Shown here: positions 25,235 through 37,528 of the stretch, piece after piece
Numbering within the stretch: position 1 is the first letter of the stretch
Layout: every line of letters starts with the position of its first letter
Source of the DNA: Phoronis australis
Taxonomy: Eukaryota; Animalia; Phoronida
NCBI GenBank assembly: GCA_002633005.1
Contig: NMRA01000028.1
Span: forward strand, 796,986 to 860,985
Length of the DNA: 64,000 bases
Reading direction: 5' to 3'
Translations under genes and position numbers: made by a program
Notes under the pieces: model-generated
What the model saw: the letters and a program-made list of their open reading frames with translations, nothing else
Told to the model about the DNA's origin: nothing
Database searches by the model: none

Positions 25235-25707
25235 GACACGGACGACTTACTCACCGCCGATGTTTCGATACTATGCGCTTTTGTACTTTCTGGAATCGTT
25301 ATATTAGTTTTCCATTATGTTAACATTTTCATATTTATAAATTCAAGTTTGAAAAACGCCATGATCGTGCGTGAGCGGCCTGACAACGTCACGACTCGGA
25401 TATCCTGTGCAGAAAAGAATTTTAGCTATGCTACTTTCAATTTTTTTTGCTGTTTATTGTATGCCGGGTTCCAATGGTAGTGTACATGATTACCGTATTG
25501 AGAAATGATGTTGACATAGCAGACCACTCAACCTGTGTATTTGTAACCTGGATGACGTATCTTCAAAATGCGTTAAACCCTCTTGTGTACACTGCAGGGA
25601 GTACCCAGATGCGAAAGGAATTTGTGGCACTCCTAAAATGCCGACTGGTTGCCGTTAAAAACTGGTCGGAGGAGGATTGTACGCGCTCACAAACGTCTGC
25701 CTCTTGA
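25235..25707 (+). pseudogene. Truncated class-A (rhodopsin-like) GPCR, TM5 to helix 8
   Basis: TM5-like ILCAFVLSGIVILVFHYVNIF; frameshift in the T-run 25441-25448; TM6 FIVCRVP (CWxP with W to R); TM7 QNALNPLVY (NPxxY); helix 8 QMRKEF. Confidence 0.8.
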
Positions 25708-26029
25708 CACAAATCAACACCGTCGAGTAGCACCACTTGCGGAGACCACACACTCGTGCGCTACGCCATCAAGCAGTGAAACTGTTAACTCATCTCTCGA
25801 ATATTTTGGATTGGTTAACGGAATTTTATCGCATTCAGCATTATGTTTTAGATAACGTGTCGCATAACTAGTTATGTTTTAAAAACAGTTAAGTCGAGAG
25901 TGTGCGCGCATGTCTTGAGAAACTGTGAGCAGTCGTAAGCATACACCCGCATACAACGCGGCATCGCTTGAAATCCGTAGCAGCGGGATTCACGACAAGT
26001 ACAATGCCAATAATATGCTCTGAACACAA

Positions 26030-26935
26030 TGCAGGAAATGGCGCGTGCCCGTGACACGATCGTACTGTTTTCAAAACGACAACATACTTTTCATTCTTAC
26101 AAAACATGCAAAAAGTCGAGAATGACGCAAGAAAATGACGTTTGTTGCATTGCTTTTCACTTGAACGGTTGTAACGGGCAAGTTGAGTGTCGGTTGACTC
26201 CCAGATTTTGCATGCACCCCGTCCGGTCTTTAGCTTTACATGTTGAAACAAATTTCATGGCGAGGTGACGAGCAGAACTACCCTGGCTGTGTGCAATTTC
26301 AGGGTCTATGGAAGAAAAACGCACAGTGGTACCTAGCCAGCCGGCTAGCTATATGAAGACTGTCGTCAAAATAAAGCTAGGTACCACTGCGTGTATTTCT
26401 TCCGTGGACCCCGAAATTTTACACCGCAAGGGTAGTTCTGCTTGTCACCTCGCCGTGAAACTTGTATCAACATGTCATGCGCGCACCCAGCCTTCCGCAA
26501 TTTGGGGGGCTCGAATTCCTGGTGTTTTAGTCTTTTGCTAACAAGAACCGGCGGACTAAAAAAAAAAAAAAACGCATGGCGGGGAGCACCACTGTGCATT
26601 TGGCTTATTTAGTGAACTTTCGTCCCATTTTCTTGGACTTTTTGTCTCTCGGGGGCGGATCTTTTTGCCCACTTCGCCTAATGGGGGGGGGGGCTCTTTC
26701 AAGCCCCCGAGCTCCCCCCCCTGGTTGCGCACATGCATGTAAAGCTAAAGAACGGACGGGGTGCATGCAAAATCTTGGAATCAACCGACACTCACCTTGC
26801 CCGTTATAGCCGTTTAAGTGAAAAACAATGCAAAAAACGTCATTTTCTTGCGTAACTCTCCGCTTTTTCTAACAATGAAAAGTATGTCGTTTTGAAAACA
26901 GTGCGCTCGTGTCACGCGCACGCGCAATTTCCTAA
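26030..26935. mobile_element. Foldback element with about 210-bp imperfect inverted arms
   Basis: 26030-26243 is the reverse complement of 26736-26935 (e.g. gattttgcatgcaccccgtccg / cggacggggtgcatgcaaaatc). Confidence 0.8.
26476..26735. mobile_element. GC-rich MITE (CATGCGCGCACC...GGTTGCGCACATG)
   Basis: Terminal inverted repeats; related inverted copy at 37293-37528. Confidence 0.7.
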
Positions 26936-27677
26936 ATTTTTGCGACATTTCTCGGGAGATGATGATAGCTTGGCAGCTGCAAAATTTCTTCTCAAATTCG
27001 GTTTTTCGGTATCAAAATTCTAAATACTTATAATGAAGTGAAAGCAGTTCCAATAATTTCATGTGTCGTGTACGCAACCTCGTGAAAGAACAACAGTTGA
27101 TTTGAAGAATCGGCGAAAAAAAGTGGCCAATAGGTGACGCAATATTTCATGGCGCCGAAAGCCGTCGCTAAAGATCGCTCCACAACTTTAGCAGCAGAAT
27201 AACGGTAGAACGCCATTTTTCCAACACCATTAAATAATTTAGTTTTCTCAAGAAAGAATGTNCTTGCGTAACTCTCCGCTTTTTCTAACAATGAAAAGTA
27301 TGTCGTTTTGAAAACAGTGCGCTCGTGTCACGCGCACGCGCTATTTCCTAAATTTTTGCGACATTTCTCGGGAGATGATGATAGCTTGGCAGCTGCAAAA
27401 TTTCTTCTCAAATTCGGTTTTTCGGTATCAAAATTCTAAATACTTATAATGAAGTGAAAGCAGTTACAATAATTTCATGTGTCGTGTACGCAACCTCGTG
27501 AAAGAACAACAGTTGATTTGAAGAATCGGCGAAAAAAAGTGGCCAATAGGTGACGCAATATTTCATGGCGCCGAAAGCCGTCGCTAAAGATCGCTCCACA
27601 ACTTTAGCAGCAGAATAACGGTAGAACGCCATTTTTCCAACACCATTAAATAATTTAGTTTTCTCAAGAAAGAATGT
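26847..27677 (+). repeat. About 415-bp tandem duplicate joined by a single N (probable allelic overlap artefact)
   Basis: 26847-27261 and 27263-27677 differ at about two positions. Confidence 0.85.
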
Positions 27678-27769
27678 AGTTTTTAATGACACTAATTTTG
27701 TGTCAGATTTTATCTTACCACTTTTTTACCCACATCGGTGCAAAGCTGTATATGTAGTATACAGCTTAG

Positions 27770-28660
27770 TTAGTTAATAAAAGTGACAGTTGCGGAACCG
27801 TTCCGCATGCGGAACTGTTCTGCATGGGGAGCAAAATGGCTTTATGGGGTATTTCTTTTCACCGATCATCTTAAAATGCATTCCATTATCAATGCCACTT
27901 AAAACTTTCGATGTGACAATCCTAACAGTAATTAGTTGATCAATGTGACAGTTGCGGAACCGTTCCGCATGCGGAACCGTTCCGCAAACAATACTTTTGT
28001 GATCCTCACAATTTTTAAAAAATTTTCTTGCGCATTTCAGTTGAAATATATTCTATTCTCAATAGCATACGAAAATATCAATGTGTCAACATGAACAATG
28101 ATTGATCAGCGGGGAACTTGCTGAATGGTTTGTGATGCAGAAACCTACCTCAAGCAGACTCGCGAAGAATTGACATCTTGTCTATGCCATTTTACCGCTT
28201 TTGGCAGAACCTTAACACAAGCCATGAAATATTCAAATCTTATCGTACAACAAGCATTAAACATAAAAGTATCAGAATTTCTACCCTAACAATAATTAAT
28301 TAATAAAAGTGACATTTGCGGAACATCTCTGCATGCGGAACCGTTCCGCAAACTATAGTTTTGTGGAGCTCACAATTTTTTAAACTTCTTACACATTAAG
28401 GTTGAAATATATTCTATTCTTAATAACATGTGAAAATATCAATGTGTCATCATGAGCAATAATTAATCAGTGAGGAACTTGCTGAATGGTTTTTGATGCA
28501 AAAACCTACCTCTAGCAGACTCAGGGAAAAATTGATATCTTGTCTATGCCATTTTACCGCTTTTGGTAGAATGTTAAAACAAGATACGGAATATTCAAAT
28601 GTTAATGTGCAACACACTTGCGGAACCGTTCCGCAGGATGTCAATTTTATATTGCAACGG
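27770..28660 (-). repeat. Palindrome-punctuated satellite array, minus orientation
   Basis: Reverse complement of the units at 33160-35620; recurrent TGCGGAACCGTTCCGCA. Confidence 0.9.
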
Positions 28661-29313
28661 CTTCAATAATATTTCCCTGTTAAATGGTTTTCTTACATCA
28701 GTGTTAGAGCACATTTTTCCATGATTTTTGGGTACCTCAGAATTGAGCATTTTGGCTTCTATGCAAAAATTTAATCGAAAAAATTAAATTTTTATTTTTT
28801 TTCTTTAATGTCCTGTATATGTGCAATGACATGAGCAAAAAAGTAGGGTTCCCGAATTAGTTTTCAAGCTACAGGTATCTTAGCTCAAACAGAAAATTCA
28901 CTTTCTCAAAAATATGCTAAATTTCACAACTACAGCTTTGATTCACCACATGGTGATTTTGCCCTATTGATGGGAATGTGAAAAACGTTTATGTTAAAGG
29001 GAATAAACTAACCAAACAAATTTCATCGTAAATGAATTAAAATTTGCTGGTGTTCAACGAATTAAGATGCACACATGTATAGTGTCTACACTTTTGTTTG
29101 TTAAAGAATTTATTTACGAATGAGTAGAAAGTAAAAATAGCAAAGTACCATTTGAATGACCACGTGGTTCAACAGCCTAAAGGATGGTAAAATATTATTT
29201 TTGTTTAAATAAGTTTAGATGTGCAAAAATGCGGCTGCCATGGTTTTGGGTTCTCCTTGTTATATCAGCAGATTCCACAATTTAGAACAAAAACAATTGC
29301 CAAAGTTGCCATT

Positions 29314-31253
29314 TTTATGCGCCCACATATTTATATGTGGACGCATTATGCCGTCATCTCCGTCCGTCCGTCCGTCCGTCCGTCCGTCCGTCCGTCTGGG
29401 CGGCGTCCGTCCGGCGTCCGCTGCTTTATCTCCAAAACCCTTTGACATACGTTCATGAAAATTGGCACATGTTCCATTCATGAATGGGACGGCATGTGCG
29501 AACTTTCGGACGGATCCGACTACCGGTGTGCCCCCCTAGTGGCAATTTTAGTTTTTTACGCCTTTGTATCTTCAAAAGTCCTGAACGGATTTTCATGAAA
29601 TTTGGTATGTAGGCATCTATTAGTGAGATGACGTTATCCTCCCGTTTTCAGATGGATTCGACATAGTTTGCGCCACCTAGTGGCCATTTTTAGTGTTTTC
29701 GAGTCTGTTTTTGTGCGTCCACCCCTCTATCAACCAAACCCCTCAAAGGATGATTGTGAAAGTTGACATGTATGTGCTTACTATGTAGAGGACGGTTGAC
29801 GATGATTTTCCGACGATTTCGACTACAGTGGCGCCTCCTGGTGGCAGTTTTTTTTGCGCCTATGGCTGTATCTCCTAAACCGTTCGCAGGATCTTAACGA
29901 AATTGTGTCAGTATATTTATATGATGTTAACAACGGAAGATAACGACTTTTGGACGGATCCGACTACCGGTGTGCCCCCTAGTGGCAATTTTAGTTTTTA
30001 CGCTTACCTTTGTATCTTCAAAAGTCCTGAACGGATTTTCATGAAATTTGGTATGTAGGCACCTATTAGTGAGATGACGCTATCCTCCCGTTTTCAGATG
30101 GATTAGACATAGCTTGCGCCACCTAGTGGCCATTTTTACTGTTATCGAGTCTGTATCTTTGCGTCCACCCCTCTATCAACCAAACCGCTCAAAGGATGAT
30201 CGTGAAAATTGGTGTGTATGTGCTTACTATAAAGAGGACAGCTGACAATGATTTTCAGACGATTTGGTTTACTGTGGCGCCTCCTAGTGGCAGTTTTGTT
30301 TTGTTTTGCGCCTATGGCTGTATCTCCTAAACCGTTCGCAGGATCTTTACGAAATTTAATAAGTGTATTTATATTATGTTAACAACAGACGATGACGACT
30401 TTTGGACGGATCCGCCTACCAGTGTGCCCTCTAGTGGCAATTTTATTTTTTTACGTTTACCTCTGTAGTCTTCACAAGTCCTTAACGGATTTTCATGAAA
30501 TTTGGTATGTAGGCACCTATTAGTTTTCGGATGGATTCGACCTAGTTTGCGACACCCAGTGGCCATTTTTACTGTTTTTGAGTCTGTTTTTTGGCGTCCA
30601 CCTCTCTATCAACCAAACCGCTATAAGTATGATCATGAAAATTGGCATGTATGTTCTTACTAGAGGACGGTTGACGCTGAATTTCCCATGACTTTGATTA
30701 CTGTGGCGCCTCCTAGTGGCAGTTTTTTTTGCGCCCATGGCTGTACCTCCCAAACCGTTTGCAGGATCTTTACTAAATTTAGCAAGTGTATTTATGTGAT
30801 GTTGACAACGGACGATGACGACTTTAGGATGATTCTGATTACCGGTATGCCTCTAGTGGCAATTTTAGTATTTTACATTGACCTCTGTATTTTCATTGGT
30901 CTTCAAGTGAATACTTTGTGTTACTTCGTGACTATGAAGGAAAAGTTCCAAGTAGAAATTTGTTTCTGGCATTCTAATGCTGAGCTAATCTCGTATGTTG
31001 GTAAATTTGTTTTTAATTCTATGTTTCTGTGGTGCTTCAAGCAACTGATGTATTGGATGTGCTTGTATTATGAAGATCACTCACATTTTGCCCCTAGCCT
31101 ATTGAGGAGACAATGACCATGCCTTTCCATTTTGCAAAGTACAACATACTACACATATGCCCTCTACTGGCCACTTTATGGTACCAATAAACAACCCTAG
31201 AAGGATACCCGTGCAATTGTGGGCGCATTTCAACGCTCTGCGTTGCTCTTGTT
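29314..31253 (+). mobile_element. HINE/DINE-like element, family C, with three internal ~450-bp tandem units
   Basis: 5' stem-loop atgcgcccacatat-tt-atatgtggacgcat; (CCGT)n microsatellite 29359-29395; tandem units starting at about 29505, 29950 and 30400; 3' subTIR gtgggcgcat, hairpin caacgc-tct-gcgttg, then ctcttgtt. Confidence 0.88.
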
Positions 31254-32569
31254 CCAGTTTAACAAGTAGCGAAGTAAATGTTTTCATCCTTTTTACTTTT
31301 GTTGAAAAATTTGACAAAATAAAATTTTACTGTACCACCATATTGCGGAATCTTTACTTCAATGTATAGAGAACCTATCACTCTAGCCAAGGTGTGGGAA
31401 ATCTTTCTTAGCCACTGAAGTTAAATTGCCAATCTCCTGTTGTCCTCTGCATGGTAATGTGATGCAAACAGAGCAATAAATGGTCAATACAGCTTGGAGG
31501 TCAACCAGCCAGTGGGTTTATAACAGTTAAACTTTGATTCAGAGATTTTGAGATTGTACACCCAGAAATTAGGAGCCTGGTGAAAAGCAATGGTGTAAAG
31601 CAGAGGTTTAAAGATGGTAAAAAGTAAAAGTGCAAACAAAGAAAAGAAAAAAATACAAATTTATCAAAGACAGAACAACAAATTTCAGGCCAAAAGAATC
31701 CTCAAATATAACACATGAATTGAATCTAGAGAATACAGTGCTTTTGTGACAAACTTATTCACTGTTTTGAATACTACAGTTGCTTATACTGGTATGAAAA
31801 ATGTCCATGAAAAATCCAGCATAGAATGAACTTAAAGTTTAATAAGTTATTATGCACCTAAAATACTTTAATTCTAAGGTGATTGCATTAGAATTAAACG
31901 GTCAAGTTCTAAGAAAAAATGAACAATGACCTAGCAGTGTGCATAAACATTGTTAGGAATATATGATTAGTTGCTTAAATTTCTATATATCCCTCTTGGT
32001 GAGTGACTGTCTATTCTCAAGCAGTTCTTTAGTAGACCTGGCAAAGCCAACAATGCAGGGTATTAACTGATGTTATCAGGCTTGGCCTGAGCTAGCTAAT
32101 TCGATTACATAACTGGATACCACTATGGGGATAGTACTGGTTTTGAAATGAAATGGGGATGGTCAACCACCATTATTAGATATGACTGTTGAACTGCATA
32201 TCTAATCCATATGAAAGTCTAGATTCATCAGCATCACTCAGTTTCACAACAGGCTAGTAGTTCATTTGTCACTTGCAATGTTAGTTTTTTCACTCTCATT
32301 AATGTTATCACCAGAATTAGTGAAGGTGGTGTTGGGTGCCCTTGCCAGTTCTTGTAGTCTGTCTTAAGTAAACAAAATTTGAGAAATTTCACTCACTCAC
32401 TCTTACAGACATTCACACACATAATTTAAAAATGGTGATAACAAAGATAATAAAAAATACCAATAATAACACCAATAATAATAACACCTAGTAATTCTAA
32501 TATTACTAATAGTAATTAGAACAATAAAAGCATATAGTAACTACTGCTATTATTACTATTTAAATGGCA

Positions 32570-33140
32570 GAGAAACCTGAGACTGTTGGGCTCTGGAAAT
32601 GAAAAAAATATTATACCCCTCTGGATATGGAATTGTGTGGTATTCAAAAGGCGTGGGTAATGAGCTTCGATTTTTAAAAGAATTTCGACAGCGTTGTATA
32701 GATATAGAAAATCAAATGTGTCAAGAAGCTGTAAATTAGATACATAGCAATTTTTCAGTCAAATTACATCTTAAAAAGGAAAATATTAGACATAGAGAAA
32801 CCGTGTATGAGGTCTTCACTGGTGCATATTTCATGCACAAATCATTCGCTGATGATAGAATGATAGAGCTGGGACAACATTTTGAATGCTGAGAGAAGTT
32901 AAACTTCGTTCAAGTTGTGACATTCGAAAAATTGAAAACAAGTACCTGACTTTTTAATTGTGTCCCCAGGCCTTAGAATTAGTTTAAGATTCCAGTTGTC
33001 TCTTGAGAACTGTCCATATATTTTTCAAGAGTTATGCAAGCAAATGACTCAGAAGAGATGTAAGTGAAAAGAAATGTTGTGAAGTTCATGTTTTTGCTAA
33101 TAAGTGTAAATTGTCTGTACTAAACGATGATCGAATGTGA
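32570..33140 (+). mobile_element. Decayed 3' fragment of a non-LTR retrotransposon (RTE-X-like ORF2 C-terminus)
   Basis: Translates to LYPSGYGIVWYSKGVGNELRFLKEFRQRCIDIENQ and ...CTNHSLMIE, matching the G-F/Y-x-x-V-W, F-K/R-Q-R-x-x-D and H-x-L-x-I-E motifs. Confidence 0.6.
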
Positions 33141-33159
33141 ACATAATAATGAGGATGAG

Positions 33160-35975
33160 CTCCACAAAGCCATTGTTTCTGGAACCATTCTGGTTGCGGA
33201 ACAAATCCGCAACAGTCACATCGATCAACTAATTATTGTTAGGATTGTCACGTTGATACTTTCAAGTGGTATTGAGAATGGGATGCATTTTAACTTTATT
33301 GGGCAAAACAAAAACCCCGCAAAACCATTCTGTATGGAAAATCGTTCCGCATGCGAAACGGTTCCGCAACTCACATTTATGAAATAATTAGTGTTAGGGT
33401 AGAAATTCTGATACATTCATGTTTATGCTTTTTGCACATTAAGATTTGAATATTTCCTGGCATGTGTTAAACTCTACCATGAGCGGTTAAATGGCATAAT
33501 CAAAATGTCATTTTTTCTCGAGTCAGCTTGAGGTAGGTTTCTACAACACAAACCATTCAGCAAGTTCCCCACTGATTAATTATGGTTCATGTTGACACAT
33601 TGATATGTCCATGTGTTATTGACAATAGAATGTATTTCAACTTTAATTCGCAAGCATCAATTAAAAAAAATGTGAGCTCCACAAAACCATTGTTTGCGGA
33701 ACGGTTCCGTAACTGTCATATTGACCACCTAATTATTGTCAGGATTGTCAGATTGCTACTTTCAAGTGGCATTGATAATAGAATGCATTTTAAGTTCATT
33801 GGGCAAAACAAATACCCCGCAAAACCATTCTGTTTGGGAAAAAGCTACCCATGCAGAATGATTCCGCTTGCGGAACGGTTCCGCAACTGTCACTTTTATT
33901 AATTAATTATTGTCAGGTTTGAAATTCTGATACTTTTATGTTTAATGCTTGTTGCACGTTAAGATTTGAATATTTCGTGGCTTGTTCTAAGGTTCTACTA
34001 AAAGTGGCAAAATGGCATAGACAAGATGTCAATTTTTCCCAGAGTGCTAGAGGTAGGTTTCTGCATCACAAATCATTCAGCAAGTTCCCCACTGATTAAT
34101 CATTGTTTTTGCTGACATATTGATATTCTCATATACTATTGAGAATAGAGTATATTTCAACTGAAATGTGCAAGAAAATTTTTTTAAAACTTGTGAGGAT
34201 CACAAAAGTATTGTTTGCAGAACGGTTACGCAATTGTCACTTTTAATAATTAATTATGGTTGGGGTAGAAATTCTGATACTTTTATGTTTAATGCTTGTT
34301 GCACGTTAAGATTCGAATATTTCGTGGCTTGTGTTAAGGTTCTACCAAAAGCGGTAAATTGTCATAGACAATATGTCGATTTTTCCTCGAGTCTGCTTGA
34401 GGTATAGGTTTCTGCATCACAAACCATTCAGCAAGTTCCCCACTGATTAATCATTGTTCATGTTAACACATTTATATTTCCATATGCTATTGGGAATAGA
34501 ATATATTTCAACTGAAATGTGCAAGATTTTTTTTTAAAAATTGTGAGGATCACGAAAGTATTGTTTGCGGAATGGTTCCGCATGTGGAACGGTTCTGCAA
34601 CTGTCACATTGATCAACTAATTACTGTTAGGATTGTCACATCGAAAGTTTTAAGTGGCATTGATAATGGAATGCATTTTAAGATGATTGGTGAAAACAAA
34701 TACCCCATAAAACCATTTTGTTTGGGAAATCGTTCCCTATGCATAATGGTTCCGCTTGCGGAACAGTTCCGCAACTGTCACTTTTATTAATTAACTATTG
34801 TTGGGGTAAAAATTCTGATACTTTTATGTTTAATGCTTGTTCCGCATTAAGATTCGAATATTTCGTGGCTTGTGTTAAGGTTCTACCAAAAGCGGTAAAA
34901 TGTCATAGACAATATGTCGATTTTCCCCGAGTCTGCTTGAGGTAGGTTTCTACATCACAAACCATTCAGCAAGTTCCCCACTGATTAATCATTGCTCATG
35001 TTGGCACATTGATATTTCCACATGCTATTGAGAATAGAGTATATTTCAACTGAAATGTGCAAGAAAATGTTTTTAAAACTTGTGAGGATCACAAAAGTAT
35101 TGTTTGCGGAACGGTTCCGCATGCGGAACGGTTCCGCAACTGTCACATTGATCAGCTAATTACTGTTAGGATTGTCACATCGATACTTTCAAGTGGCATT
35201 GATAATGTAATGCACTTTAATTTGATTGGTGAAATAAAATACCCAGCAAAACCATTCTGTTTGGGAAATCGCTCCCCATTCAGAATGGTTCCGCAACTGT
35301 CACATTGATCAAGTAATTATTATTAGGATTGTCACATTGATACTTTCAAGTGGTATTGATTATGGAATGCATTTTAACTTTATTGGTCATGAGAATTAAA
35401 AAAAATGTGTTCTCCAAAAAAATATTCTGTTTGCGGAACCGTTCCGCTTGTGGAACCATTCTGCAACCGTCACATTGATTAATATATTATTGAGAGTGGG
35501 CACATTATACTCTCAAGTACTATTGAGAATGAAATGTAATTCATGTTTATTGGGCCGGGAGAAAATTAAGAATTTTATTCCTGTGCTAAACTTTTCTGTT
35601 TGTGGAACCCTTCTGGAACTTTCACATTGATTTTTAAAAATAAATTATTATTTTGATTATTATTCCACAAAATATACATAATATTTCTCAAGTCACAGTA
35701 TTCCACAAAACTTGCGCAGTGCGTAATATTCCGCAAAATCTGCGTAATATTCCGCAAGTGTGCGGAATATTCCGTGGTCAGTGCGGAATATTCCGCAAGG
35801 CAAAAATTGAACTTCTAATTAAGAAAATGCTAATTGAGGAAATAAAAATGTAACATTGTAAACATGTTTAGGGTAAGGTATAGATTTGTTACATACCATT
35901 TTTATGGCCCTAAGTGGATATTAAAAAAGTGCGGAACCGTTCCGCACACTTTGAGACTAAATAAGATAGTCTCAT
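33160..35975 (+). repeat. Satellite-like array of ~350-bp and ~185-bp subunits with GCGGAACGGTTCCGC palindromes, ending in a hairpin
   Basis: cagcaagttccccactgatt recurs at about 33559, 34079, 34430 and 34968; terminal hairpin gagacta-aataaga-tagtctc at about 35953-35973. Confidence 0.9.
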
Positions 35976-36136
35976 TTGAGAAAATATCGCCTTCAGTGTA
36001 CTCGTTCTCTACTGGAAAGCGATTCCGGATTGCCATCACCAGGCAAGAAGGCAGCACTGTTCGCCTTTTGCGCCCCAACTTCTTTCCTCGTTGTAACCAG
36101 TCAAATATTATTCGATAGGCAACCAGTCTCATTTGC
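35975..36136 (-). pseudogene. Orphan exon encoding a P2X7-ballast/nanor/KolX-like C-terminal segment
   Basis: Acceptor ttttctgtttacag, then (R)QMRLVAYRIIFDWLQRGKKLGRKRRTVLPSCLVMAIRNRFPVENEYTEG: AYR-x3-W, LG-x3-R-x2-LPSC-x4-IR-x2-FP signature. Confidence 0.75.
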
Positions 36137-37292
36137 CTGTAAACAGAAAATGGTATATTTAGAAACTGTTTTAGCAATGTGAAAACAGGCACGAGCCCAG
36201 CGCATCTTTTCAACCCCCATGTGTAGTCTCACGATTCACCACCTACAAAGTATCAGCAGAATACTGTAAATTCTCTGTAACAAGACCACGCTTATCAGAC
36301 GGTCTTTCTCCAGCGCAAAATTAGAAGCGTTGTATTGAAACCTGAATCCGCCTTTGTCATCAAACTAATAATAGCAAATGAAGTAATGATAATTATAGTA
36401 AGAACAGCCGAAGAAATAGACTTTAGAAGTGCCCCAGGGTACGTACTCTACAGATGTGACAGAGCCACTCAAGAGGTTCACTTTTTGAGTAGAAAACAAA
36501 AATGTGGCAGGGTCCATTTCCCACCAAAAATCTTGAATGGGGTGCATTTTTGGTCGTAAAAGACCCGGAACGTGAAATATTGAGGAATACATTACTGCAG
36601 CGGGCTAAATGCGTGGGAAAAACTATGATGAGTAAAAAATGGACATTTCTACAACCTTGAGCAGCACATCCTGGCTGGGGGTTCTCTCCATGTTCTTTAG
36701 TAGGCAGGTAGAGACGTGTTGCTGAGAGTGACAAGACAAAATCCAGATCAATGTAAGTCAGACATTAAAATGGGTTCCAGAGACTATATCAAATGATGAA
36801 AAATCCTACCCAGATAGTCCGAGACAATACCAAAAATCCTACCGAAACGATGAAAAACCTAACCGAGACGATACAGTCCAAATGAAGTCCAAGACAACGC
36901 ATATACAAAAATATCTATCGTAGACATTATCTCAATACCTGGAGAGCAAAATATCCAACGGAGAAAATATGGCAACACGTCTCTGCCTCCTAAAACGGGA
37001 CTTCCGGAATAGCGGACGAGTAATTAATAAAATTACGAAAAGCTGTAATTAAGTGAAAAATATGTCTAAGATAACCAACCAACCTTATTTTAGCTCAAAA
37101 TGACATGAAAAAAGGTTGCCTTCGCCTTTAAGAAACCTGCACGAAAACAACAGAACAGACACCACAGTAAACTCAAACGCAGAAAAATGGCAGGAAATTT
37201 CTTAATCACCTAGGGCACGACTAATTAATGAAATTACGGGAAGCAGTAATTAACTGAAATATATGTCTGGGATAATCAACGAAACTTACTTT

Positions 37293-37528
37293 CATGCGCG
37301 AACCCGGGGGGGGCTCGGGGGGCTCGAACATTTGGCGAAGTGGGCAAAAAGATCCGCCTCAGAAAAACAAAAAGTCGGAGAAAACGAGACATAAGTCCAC
37401 TGAAAATGCACAGATGCACAGTAAAGGTGGTACCCCTTTTTTGTTTTATTTTTAGTCCTCCCGCCTTTTTGTCAGTAAAAGGTCCACATCGCCGAGCCCC
37501 CCCATATTAAAGGCTAGGTGCGCGCATG
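37293..37528. mobile_element. GC-rich MITE (CATGCGCG...CGCGCATG) inserted into a local duplicate
   Basis: TIRs; cttt on both flanks; interrupts a copy of 37017-37122. Confidence 0.7.

Noticed and set aside
26847-27677. Recent 415-bp tandem duplication
   Set aside because: The junction is a single N and the copies differ at about two sites; most likely unmerged allelic contig ends
33160-35620. Regularly spaced palindromes resembling CRISPR or attC arrays
   Set aside because: The intervening sequences are themselves repeats (satellite subunits), not unique cassettes
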